A DNA stretch of 64,000 nt from positions 1 to 64,000 of the IMG/VR virus record IMGVR_UViG_3300025723_000026. One strand, written 5' to 3'. Within the stretch, counting starts at the first letter, position 1. Every line of letters begins with the position of its first letter. The stretch is from a virus (taxonomy: Duplodnaviria; Caudoviricetes). Under the pieces are notes generated by a model. That model was not told where the DNA came from and made no database searches. It was given only the letters and a program-made list of their open reading frames with translations. The position numbers were made by a program, and so were the translations under genes. Of this stretch, positions 19,473 to 26,434 are shown one piece after another.

Positions 19473-19928
19473 ATGCCAATTAGATTAAAAGATTCTAGTA
19501 CGTGGCTGGCTGATGTAATAACTTCGTTCATTGGATCGTGGACATTTATTATTGTACAATCCATTATACTAACAATTTGGATTTTAATCAATGTTCTTAA
19601 TTTGACTCATTTTGATCCTTATCCATTTATTCTTATGAATCTTTTCCTGTCTTTTCAGGCAGCCTACGCTACCCCGCTCATCCTTATGTCTTCCAACAGA
19701 CAAGCCGAGCGCGATAGATTACACATGCAACAAGAGCATGAAATTACAGAAGAAGATCACATTATAATAAAAGATCTTAAAAAGATTTTAGATGACCTAC
19801 AGGAAGATGTTCTCTTAAGTAGACTATCACTTGAACAGCATAAGAGACTAGAGGCCGAACACGAAGAATTAAAAACGGGTATAACCGAAATAAAAGAATT
19901 ACTTCTCAATAAGAAGAGAAAAATTTAA
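19473..19928 (+). CDS. DUF1003 family membrane protein
   Basis: GSWTFI...FDPYPFILMNLFLSFQAAYATPLILMSSNRQ; TAAATA upstream of 19473 start. Confidence 0.85.
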   Translation: MPIRLKDSSTWLADVITSFIGSWTFIIVQSIILTIWILINVLNLTHFDPYPFILMNLFLSFQAAYATPLILMSSNRQAERDRLHMQQEHEITEEDHIIIKDLKKILDDLQEDVLLSRLSLEQHKRLEAEHEELKTGITEIKELLLNKKRKI

Positions 19929-19943
19929 AAATGTCTAGTTGAT

Positions 19944-20017
19944 TGGAGCGGGTAGAGAGAATTGAACTCTCGCATCAAGTTTGGTAAACTCGCAGGCTAC
20001 CATTACATCATACCCGC
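19944..20017 (-). tRNA. tRNA-Gly(ACC), rare A34 anticodon
   Basis: GCGGGTA/TACCCGC, U73, CCA; stem CGAGT/ACTTG, loop TT-ACC-AA. Confidence 0.9.
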
Positions 20018-20020
20018 ATT

Positions 20021-20105
20021 TGGTACTCATGGTCGGGGTCGAACCGACACTCCTTACGGAACAGGATCCTAAATCCTGCGCGGCTGCCAGTTACGCCACA
20101 TGAGC
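20021..20105 (-). tRNA. tRNA-Leu(UAG)
   Basis: Class II cloverleaf, loop TT-TAG-GA, CCA. Confidence 0.92.
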
Positions 20106-20113
20106 ATTAAAAT

Positions 20114-20189
20114 TGGCTGCCAAGGTAGGGATCGAACCTACGACCTAGAAGTTAACAGCTTCCCGCTACTACCGCTGAGCTACTTGGCA
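20114..20189 (-). tRNA. tRNA-Asn(GUU)
   Basis: Loop CT-GTT-AA, G73, CCA. Confidence 0.92.
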
Positions 20190-20200
20190 TTTAAAATTTA

Positions 20201-20275
20201 TGGTCGGGCACCTCGGTGCTGCCCCGAGTATTTCCTGGTCCCAAACCAGGCGGATTGCTGTCTTCCTCGTGCCCG
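20201..20275 (-). tRNA. tRNA-Pro(UGG) with non-canonical T-loop
   Basis: CGGGCAC/GTGCCCG; loop TT-TGG-GA; T-loop GGCAGCA. Confidence 0.82.
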
Positions 20276-20305
20276 TTAATATTATTTTATCTTTTTATTT
20301 ATAAA

Positions 20306-20381
20306 TGGCTACGGAGGAAGGGCTCGAACCTTCAACCGGCGGATCCAAATTCCGCTGCGCTACCAATTGCGCCACTCCGTA
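20306..20381 (-). tRNA. tRNA-Gln(UUG)
   Basis: Loop AT-TTG-GA, G73, CCA. Confidence 0.88.
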
Positions 20382-21032
20382 TTAAGTCTTATATTTACAA
20401 TTATTGAAATGAAACCGTGCCATAGTATTTTTAGCGCCTTCCTTTAAGCAATAAGGGCATTTAATTTTTTGTCGCTTAAGACCTCTATTACGCCGCCCGC
20501 CAAACGACGGTGACTCTTTGTTTCGCTGTAAAAGTGATTGGCGTATTTTTTCTTTATGCTCTTCAGTTTTATTACCTGATGCAGCTTTTCGTGCATGTTC
20601 ACGCTGCAATTCAGGGTTTTTTCTAGCAAAATTATTTGCTATCATTTTTTTTCTCGTTTCGTCACTTGCTTTGCGATTAGTGGCTTTTAAACGTAAAATA
20701 GCCTTTGTTTCATCAGTATGTCGTTTATTTTGAAACGTTAAATTATTTTTTTCTTTTGATCCGTAACCGCCACCGGGCATTAAATTGTAAGTATCAGATC
20801 GTAGACAAAAATCAGCATCAACAATTTCTGCTTCTCTATAAAGCATCTCTTCTTTGGAGTCAAAATATTCTAATATTTCTTTTGTAAAGCACGCCTTACC
20901 ATATTTGTTAATATCTCTTATAAGAGCTTTACCTGAGCCAAAATAATAATCGTTAATATCGCGGGACTGATGTACACCTATATAAAACTTATTATTAATG
21001 TTATTTGTAATTTTATACAAGTAATATATCAT
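20382..21032 (-). CDS. GIY-YIG homing endonuclease (Seg-like)
   Basis: YYLYKITNNINNKFYIGVH, YFGSG, YNLMPGGG, NUMOD3-like KRHTDETK. Confidence 0.88.
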   Translation of the reverse strand: MIYYLYKITNNINNKFYIGVHQSRDINDYYFGSGKALIRDINKYGKACFTKEILEYFDSKEEMLYREAEIVDADFCLRSDTYNLMPGGGYGSKEKNNLTFQNKRHTDETKAILRLKATNRKASDETRKKMIANNFARKNPELQREHARKAASGNKTEEHKEKIRQSLLQRNKESPSFGGRRNRGLKRQKIKCPYCLKEGAKNTMARFHFNNCKYKT

Positions 21033-21076
21033 ATAATAATATTTATGTAAAGGTAGCACATTAATCAATTAAAGAC

Positions 21077-21149
21077 TGGAGAATAGCGGGATCGAACCGC
21101 TGACATTCTGCTTGCAAAGCAGACACTCTACCAACTGAGTTAATTCCCC
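21077..21149 (-). tRNA. tRNA-Ala(UGC), CCA not encoded
   Basis: G3:U70, loop TT-TGC-AA. Confidence 0.92.
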
Positions 21150-21156
21150 GTAAAAA

Positions 21157-21234
21157 TGGAGCGTCAGGTAGGATTTGCACCTACGGCTTTAGGGTTTTGC
21201 AGACCCTTCCTTTGGGCTTCTCAGGCACTGACGC
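21157..21234 (-). tRNA. tRNA-Cys(GCA)
   Basis: Loop CT-GCA-AA, U73, T-loop TGCAAAT. Confidence 0.88.
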
Positions 21235-21238
21235 ATAT

Positions 21239-21329
21239 TGGCGGATAGGGTAGGATTCGAACCCACGGTACCCTTCCGGGTACTTCTGATTTCAAGTCAG
21301 ATGCAATAGACCAACTCTGCCACCTATCC
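21239..21329 (-). tRNA. tRNA-Ser(UGA)
   Basis: Long variable arm, loop CT-TGA-AA, G73. Confidence 0.92.
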
Positions 21330-21337
21330 GTAAAAAT

Positions 21338-21511
21338 TTATTGACAATGATAATTGAGGTAACGTTGAGCGGCTTTAGCTGTTAAACCACCTTTACCTTT
21401 TAATGAACGTGCTTTAGAACATGTAAGCTTACCTTTAACCTGACGTTTAAGAATGCCTGGGTGACGTGGTTCATCGATACTTTTTTCTGTTACATATTCC
21501 TTAAAAGTCAT
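21338..21511 (-). CDS. Small basic late protein (57 aa) inside tRNA array
   Basis: Translated by hand: MTFKEYVTEKSIDEPRHPGILKRQVKGKLTCSKARSLKGKGGLTAKAAQRYLNYHCQ; TAAATA upstream. Confidence 0.7.
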   Translation of the reverse strand: MTFKEYVTEKSIDEPRHPGILKRQVKGKLTCSKARSLKGKGGLTAKAAQRYLNYHCQ

Positions 21512-21523
21512 AAAGTTATTTAA

Positions 21524-21613
21524 TGGAGGAAGCTGAGGGATTCGAACCCTCGGAGGCGATAAAGCCTCGGTTGTTTAGTAAACAACTCTCTTAAACCGCT
21601 TGAGTAAGCTTCC
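21524..21613 (-). tRNA. tRNA-Ser(ACU), rare A34 anticodon
   Basis: GGAAGCT/AGCTTCC, long variable arm, stem GTTGT/ACAAC, loop TT-ACT-AA, CCA. Confidence 0.88.
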
Positions 21614-21619
21614 ATAAAA

Positions 21620-21692
21620 TGGTGTCTCTTGAAGGTAACGCTCCTTCTCATCATCGTTCGTAGCGACGAGTCTAAAGTCTTTTAGAAGAGAC
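21620..21692 (-). tRNA. Atypical tRNA-Arg(ACG)
   Basis: GTCTCTT/AAGAGAC acceptor plus ACCA; stem CGTCG/CGATG, loop CT-ACG-AA; D-arm and T-loop (AGCGTTA) non-canonical. Confidence 0.65.
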
Positions 21693-21698
21693 ATAAAA

Positions 21699-21773
21699 TG
21701 GTCAGGAGGCTGGGATTTGCACCCAAACCGATTCTTTCACAGAGAATAATGCTACTATTACACCACAACCTGA
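21699..21773 (-). tRNA. tRNA-His(GUG), with U-1:A73 and acceptor mismatches
   Basis: Stem ATTCT/AGAAT, loop CT-GTG-AA, CCA. Confidence 0.78.
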
Positions 21774-21779
21774 TAAAAA

Positions 21780-21856
21780 TGGCGGAGTTAACGGGACTCG
21801 AACCCGCACTCACTCGCGTGACAGGCGAGTGCTTTAACCAATTAAGCTACAACTCC
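21780..21856 (-). tRNA. tRNA-Asp(GUC)
   Basis: Loop CT-GTC-AC, G73, CCA. Confidence 0.93.
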
Positions 21857-21861
21857 GTTCG

Positions 21862-21935
21862 TAGGACTAGATGGACTCGAACCATCAACCCTTTCGTTAT
21901 CAACGAAATGCTCTGACCGGTTGAGCTATAGTCCT
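21862..21935 (-). tRNA. tRNA-Ile(GAU), CCA not encoded
   Basis: Loop TT-GAT-AA. Confidence 0.9.
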
Positions 21936-21944
21936 GTAGAAAAT

Positions 21945-22020
21945 TGGTGGCAGGAGCGGGAATCGAACCCGCAATCTTTGCGTTATGAGCGCAACGACTT
22001 AACCGTTTGTCCATCCTGCG
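21945..22020 (-). tRNA. tRNA-Met(CAU), initiator-like
   Basis: C1xC72 mismatch, loop CT-CAT-AA; anticodon stem GCG/CGC rather than GGG/CCC. Confidence 0.82.
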
Positions 22021-22031
22021 TCAAAAAAAAA

Positions 22032-22106
22032 TGGTGGAACCGTCGAGACTCGAACTCGAAACCAATTCGTTAAAAGCGAACTGCTCTACCATTGAGCTAC
22101 GATTCC
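22032..22106 (-). tRNA. tRNA-Lys(UUU), second gene
   Basis: Loop CT-TTT-AA, CCA; sequence unlike the 17843 copy. Confidence 0.92.
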
Positions 22107-22113
22107 GAGAATA

Positions 22114-22195
22114 TGGGCAGAGAAGGACTCGAACCTTCGAACTCCGAAGAGAGGAGATTTACAGTCTCCGGCAATTGCCGCTATGCGATCTACCC
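22114..22195 (-). tRNA. tRNA-Tyr(GUA), CCA not encoded
   Basis: Class II variable arm, loop CT-GTA-AA. Confidence 0.92.
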
Positions 22196-22207
22196 TTAAA
22201 AAATGGT

Positions 22208-22621
22208 TTATGACGGTTTTGAACGTCTTTTATGGTAATGAAAATCTGCATGACAGTTTCTACAAAGAGGTATACACTTTTTAATTTCTTCCTGTAAGAG
22301 CTGCGTGTTATATCTATTAACAAAATAAGATATTTCATTTGCTTTCGTACTCGGATCTACATGATGTAAATCTAAACACCAAGGACGATCTTCATTACAC
22401 TTTGTGCATTTAAGTGTAGCTTTATATTCAAGAAATTTATTTCTAAAATTAGCGTTCGATTTATACGCACTAGCAATATATTTTTTCTTATTTGCGTCGT
22501 AATGTTTTCTAGCGTACTTGTTTTTTGCACATTGCTTACAATAGGGAAAATAACCATGCTTTGTATTTTTATAATATGAATTAAGTGACTTTGTCTCTTT
22601 ACATTGACTACAGGTTTTCAT
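22208..22621 (-). CDS. HNH homing endonuclease
   Basis: CSQC...CKQC; CTKC...LDLHHVDP...KCIPLCRNCHADFH. Confidence 0.85.
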   Translation of the reverse strand: MKTCSQCKETKSLNSYYKNTKHGYFPYCKQCAKNKYARKHYDANKKKYIASAYKSNANFRNKFLEYKATLKCTKCNEDRPWCLDLHHVDPSTKANEISYFVNRYNTQLLQEEIKKCIPLCRNCHADFHYHKRRSKPS

Positions 22622-22657
22622 GTCTCCAAATATTTATTGTTTTGGAGGCTATTTTTA

Positions 22658-22734
22658 TGGCACGGAGAGTAAGAATCGAACTTACCCAGTCGGATTTGGA
22701 GTCCAACTCGCCTATCCTTGGAACATTTCTCCGC
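22658..22734 (-). tRNA. tRNA-Trp(CCA) with atypical D-arm
   Basis: GCGGAGA/TCTCCGT, G73, loop CT-CCA-AA. Confidence 0.82.
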
Positions 22735-22750
22735 ATATAAAAATAAAAAA

Positions 22751-22833
22751 TGGAGCCAGTGGAGGGACTCGAACCCCCGTTGTTTGTATACCGCTTTACA
22801 AAAGCGGTGCTGTCGCCGCTGAGCCACACTGGC
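22751..22833 (-). tRNA. tRNA-Thr(UGU) with 12-nt variable region
   Basis: Loop TT-TGT-AA; variable region TATACAAACAAC. Confidence 0.88.
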
Positions 22834-22909
22834 ATATTTTAATTTGACAATATGAGTAGTACGCCACGGCCGGTCAAATTAGCGACCGCGGCTCAACAAC
22901 CAACTAGAA

Positions 22910-22921
22910 ATTTCAAGGAAC
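22910..22921 (-). promoter_or_regulatory. boxA-like antitermination element upstream of tRNA array
   Basis: GTTCCTTGAAAT downstream of promoter at 22959-22986. Confidence 0.5.
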
Positions 22922-22958
22922 AAAAAACCCCATTAAGGGGCTTTCGAATATACTTATG

Positions 22959-22986
22959 ATTATACATACTATCGTGCAATCTACAA
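22959..22986 (-). promoter_or_regulatory. sigma70-like promoter for tRNA array
   Basis: TTGTAG-N16-TATAAT. Confidence 0.7.
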
Positions 22987-23003
22987 GCTAAAAATAAATT
23001 TTT

Positions 23004-23129
23004 TTATTCGTGATGAAGTTGCGAAGTAGGTAGAGGACGATAGGAGCGAATAAGCTTTCTAACACCACTAATTGTTATTACCGAGCCCATAATAAAAACA
23101 ATGAGGACGCATCCAAGGATTATCCTCAT
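23004..23129 (-). CDS. Small membrane peptide (41 aa)
   Basis: MRIILGCVLIVFIMGSVITISGVRKLIRSY... Confidence 0.4.
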   Translation of the reverse strand: MRIILGCVLIVFIMGSVITISGVRKLIRSYRPLPTSQLHHE

Positions 23130-23178
23130 TTTAAGGATTTGAATAAAGTCCTGCTCTCGTTGTTGTTCTAATCTCATT

Positions 23179-23433
23179 TTAAGCAGCTACACTCCTCGAA
23201 AAGTTCTTCACACAGCTCCTACTACCAATAGGCTCATAATACATCTTTGTTTCCTTAAAGGATTGAGGAGACATAATTTGAATCTCAGCTCCTGTCTTGT
23301 GAGAAAAAACCATACGACCAAGTCTTGGCTTTACGACGTTATGCTTATGAGCACATGACGAGCAAAATACCGTATTAGGGAGTACTTCAAGTCGTTCAGG
23401 TTCAATAATATTTGTACAAGTTCTACAGTTCAT
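23179..23433 (-). CDS. DksA/TraR-type C4 zinc-finger protein
   Basis: MNCRTCTNIIEPERLEVLPNTVFCSSC matches CxxC..I..eRL...P.t..CxxC. Confidence 0.72.
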   Translation of the reverse strand: MNCRTCTNIIEPERLEVLPNTVFCSSCAHKHNVVKPRLGRMVFSHKTGAEIQIMSPQSFKETKMYYEPIGSRSCVKNFSRSVAA

Positions 23434-23546
23434 ATCACCAAAATTTATGAATAAAATGAATAGCGATATAAATGACACTAGTCCATAGTGCTAAGCTGAG
23501 TAAAAATGCCGTTAACCAGGATAGAAGAATTTGCCAGGATTTCATA

Positions 23547-23702
23547 TTATTTCCTCTTCTTTCCTGCATCTGAGCGTTGAGCTCGAGACTTAACGCCGAA
23601 CAACCGCCGACGTGCGGCGGTTTCCTTTTGCTCTTTTGCTGCAAAACTAGTCTTAGAAGTATTAGCTCCCCAGACTTTTACGATGTTGTTTTTTGTTGCC
23701 AT
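23547..23702 (-). CDS. Small basic protein (51 aa)
   Basis: MATKNNIVKVWGANTSK...; longer track ORF overlaps tRNA-Leu. Confidence 0.5.
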   Translation of the reverse strand: MATKNNIVKVWGANTSKTSFAAKEQKETAARRRLFGVKSRAQRSDAGKKRK

Positions 23703-23716
23703 AATTGTAATGAAAT

Positions 23717-23804
23717 TGGTAGTGCGGGTGGGATTTGAACCCACAATGTTTCTAATGTAAGGGATTTTAAGTCCCTTGCGTTTCACCAATTTCGCCACCG
23801 CACC
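23717..23804 (-). tRNA. tRNA-Leu(UAA)
   Basis: Class II, loop CT-TAA-AA, CCA. Confidence 0.92.
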
Positions 23805-23819
23805 ATATTTTCTAAATTG

Positions 23820-24143
23820 TCAATACCAGTTTAGATAGACTGGTTGATTATTGCAATCTAAAAATTCATTTTGTTTAAACTCTACACACTTATATGTGCC
23901 TATCTCCTCAAGAAAAAGTTTATCTCCTGATGTCATAGGATTTACATATCGCATACCATCTCTAGTAATTGGAGTTTTATGAACAATATGACCAAGTTCG
24001 CACGCTGCTTTGAGAAGAGTTTTTTCTTTACCAGTTCTTGATACTTTCTTTTGAGCACGTTCAATGACCCGGTGCATCTTCTTAAAAGATCTTTCTAGAT
24101 CTTTAGCTTTAGTATCGATATCCTTAAGAATGTATTGTTTCAT
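23820..24143 (-). CDS. Hypothetical protein
   Basis: 107 aa ORF between tRNAs. Confidence 0.6.
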   Translation of the reverse strand: MKQYILKDIDTKAKDLERSFKKMHRVIERAQKKVSRTGKEKTLLKAACELGHIVHKTPITRDGMRYVNPMTSGDKLFLEEIGTYKCVEFKQNEFLDCNNQPVYLNWY

Positions 24144-24150
24144 TTTAAAA

Positions 24151-24225
24151 TGGTGCGACAGGTCAGAGTTGAACTGACTTCCTTCCCGTTATGAGCAGGC
24201 CGCTCGACCGTTGAGCTTCTATCGC
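24151..24225 (-). tRNA. tRNA(CAU), elongator Met or Ile2
   Basis: Loop CT-CAT-AA, paired 1:72, CCA. Confidence 0.82.
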
Positions 24226-24369
24226 GTTAAATTATTCTTATATATTACCGGAAAAGAAAATATGTTTCAAGCAGCAAAAGCACAACACCGAAAATAATTG
24301 AAGCCTTTATTACTGTAGGATGATTCCAGATATCTTGAAGAAAGATACGAATAGGATTAAGCTTAATCA

Positions 24370-24540
24370 TTAAGGTAGCTGCTCCTCAGGAGGATTCAAA
24401 AGATCCTTAATCTCAGCGTTAATGCGCTTGATCTCATCGCCAAAAGCTTTAGCTGTAGACTTCTTACGTAACTTAGTTTCTTCGAGTTCTTGAACGAGTT
24501 GGTATACCTGGGCTTCTCTGGATGGTTTTGGGTTTGACAT
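24370..24540 (-). CDS. Small coiled-coil protein (56 aa)
   Basis: MSNPKPSREAQVYQLVQELEETKLRKK...; TTGCTT-N16-TATAAT 8 nt upstream. Confidence 0.6.
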   Translation of the reverse strand: MSNPKPSREAQVYQLVQELEETKLRKKSTAKAFGDEIKRINAEIKDLLNPPEEQLP

Positions 24541-24589
24541 TACTGATGATTATACATATATTTTTGTGTAAAGCAAGCGATTTTTATAG

Positions 24590-24681
24590 TGGTACTCCTG
24601 CCCGGTTCTGCCCCGGGATCGCGCCCTCATCTAGGACTTCTGGTGTATAAGACCAGTGTTTTACTGTTAAACTACAGGAGC
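24590..24681 (-). tRNA. tRNA with UAU anticodon (Ile), long variable arm and GGCAGAA T-loop
   Basis: GCTCCTG/CAGGAGT-A-CCA; stem CTGGT/ACCAG, loop CT-TAT-AC; 22-nt variable region. Confidence 0.8.
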
Positions 24682-24682
24682 A

Positions 24683-25486
24683 TTATGTATCTATAATAGA
24701 TTCTGAACTCGAATCATCAAGCTTTTTTCTCTGAATATTTGTATAAAGCTGTTTTAATTTACTAATAAATTCTTTAAAATACTTTTGATAGGCTGGATTG
24801 GACTTATTACGATAGAGTGTATTAATGAATCCGTTATAGTCAGATAGAAATTGTGGTACAACAACTTCAGAAATCTTTGTAGAGTTAATGAGGTTTGCTA
24901 TTGACTTGAGAAGAAGCATACGTCTGCTCTTCCAAAAGGTTCTTCCTGAACCTGATTTACTACGACGATAGAGTTCTTTTTGCTGAAGATCAATTTCGTG
25001 CAAGATTGCAGCTATCTGAACAGGGAACTCATTTTGTGCTGTATAATAATCTCTCTTACTACCTACCTTATTGCCAGCTGTTGCTTTGAGATAGGCTTCT
25101 GTTGGTTTTTTATAATTCTTAGCATGAAAAAGCTCATGCACTATCTTATTACGTTTTGTATTATTCGGTAGAGCACTATACTTTTGATAGTTTAATGAGA
25201 TAGTATCTGTTTTTCTATCATAGTCAGCATCACCAAGACTCTCGTCAAAATTGACAGATACATATGCTTTACTTTCTTTACGTTTTACCTCATCATAGTA
25301 CTTTATTGACCCCAAGATCATTGTACCGTCTTGCTGTAATCTCTTTGCATACAATTCCTTAGGATCATTATTTCCTATCACTGTAGGATTAAAGAACTTT
25401 AAGTATGTATTATATACAAGACTAACCTGTCTCTCTTCTTCATCTGAGAGAGTACTCTCTACTATAAAGGATTTAAAGGGAAGCAT
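24683..25486 (-). CDS. Putative zinc metallopeptidase-like protein (HExxH)
   Basis: KIVHELFHAK; N-terminus MLPFKSFIVES. Confidence 0.55.
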   Translation of the reverse strand: MLPFKSFIVESTLSDEEERQVSLVYNTYLKFFNPTVIGNNDPKELYAKRLQQDGTMILGSIKYYDEVKRKESKAYVSVNFDESLGDADYDRKTDTISLNYQKYSALPNNTKRNKIVHELFHAKNYKKPTEAYLKATAGNKVGSKRDYYTAQNEFPVQIAAILHEIDLQQKELYRRSKSGSGRTFWKSRRMLLLKSIANLINSTKISEVVVPQFLSDYNGFINTLYRNKSNPAYQKYFKEFISKLKQLYTNIQRKKLDDSSSESIIDT

Positions 25487-25495
25487 TAAAGATAC

Positions 25496-25678
25496 TTATC
25501 GACCCTGCTTTATCTTTCTATCTAACGCCTTTTGCTTGCGCTTACGCTTTTGACCTGATGACTCAAAATATCGGTGATTACGTACTTCCTCTAAAACACT
25601 ATCAGAATCTATTTTAGTTTTAAGACGTCTTAAAACACGATCAATATCTTCACCTTTTCTTACTTCTACCGAATGCAT
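25496..25678 (-). CDS. rpsU: Ribosomal protein bS21
   Basis: VEVRKGEDIDRVLRRLK...VLEEVRNHRYFESSGQKRKRK. Confidence 0.85.
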   Translation of the reverse strand: MHSVEVRKGEDIDRVLRRLKTKIDSDSVLEEVRNHRYFESSGQKRKRKQKALDRKIKQGR

Positions 25679-25681
25679 ATT

Positions 25682-26044
25682 CTATTGCTGATGTAAAGCT
25701 AAATCAACAAGCCTATCATACTGATCCTCTTCTATCTCATGATGCTTACCCTCGTCCTTGTATACTACAAAGTAATCATAATAATAACGATCACCATCAC
25801 TATACCTATCATCCCATACAACATAGACTCTACCGTTGTTAATACCTACATGTGCTCTAGCTTGATTTCCAATTGAAACATATTGCTCAACCCAACTTTT
25901 ATCTTGTAACTGTTTTTGTAATTCTTTATGTTCAGCTTCTGGTTCATGTACTTTAGCTGAAGAAGGCATTTGTTCACGGAAATCTGAATCTGATTCCTGA
26001 TAAATTCTTGTGTACGCTTCGGCAATAAGCTGTTCGTCGTTCAT
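25682..26044 (-). CDS. Hypothetical late protein
   Basis: 120 aa, MNDEQLIAEAY start, TAAATA upstream. Confidence 0.6.
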   Translation of the reverse strand: MNDEQLIAEAYTRIYQESDSDFREQMPSSAKVHEPEAEHKELQKQLQDKSWVEQYVSIGNQARAHVGINNGRVYVVWDDRYSDGDRYYYDYFVVYKDEGKHHEIEEDQYDRLVDLALHQQ

Positions 26045-26059
26045 ATGTCGAATTATTTA

Positions 26060-26434
26060 TTAAAAATCATCGTTGTTTTCTATAATAGCGGTCTCTGCTT
26101 TTAGTTTTTCAAGATGAGCTACAATTTCTTGGGTTACAAGCTCTTTTGCTTCTTCCTCCATCCATCCATAATGACAAATAGCTTCATTACTCTTTCGTTC
26201 TTCAATAAGATAACAGAGTTCACTGAGCTCAGAGAAAATAGCTTTGACTCTCTGATTATGTCCACGAACAAAATCTGCACGAGATAGCTCATGATTAATG
26301 ATTCTATTCTGTACATACCAGTTATAGATATGCTTATTGAATTCCTCTGTTAGTTCGATTTCTTCTAAGGAATATTCGTTATTCATTTTCAGGTAATTTC
26401 CAAATAATATATCCAGCTCTCTCATCGTATTCAA
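26060..26434 (-). CDS. Hypothetical protein
   Basis: 124 aa ORF. Confidence 0.55.
   Translation of the reverse strand: MNTMRELDILFGNYLKMNNEYSLEEIELTEEFNKHIYNWYVQNRIINHELSRADFVRGHNQRVKAIFSELSELCYLIEERKSNEAICHYGWMEEEAKELVTQEIVAHLEKLKAETAIIENNDDF

Noticed and set aside
22204-22207. ACCA right after the HNH stop as remnant of a displaced tRNA (for example the missing Phe)
   Set aside because: Four bases only, with no tRNA body; chance is likely
20216-22847. Track ORFs 20216, 21698, 22007, 22608, 22618 and 22620
   Set aside because: They overlap well-formed tRNA genes
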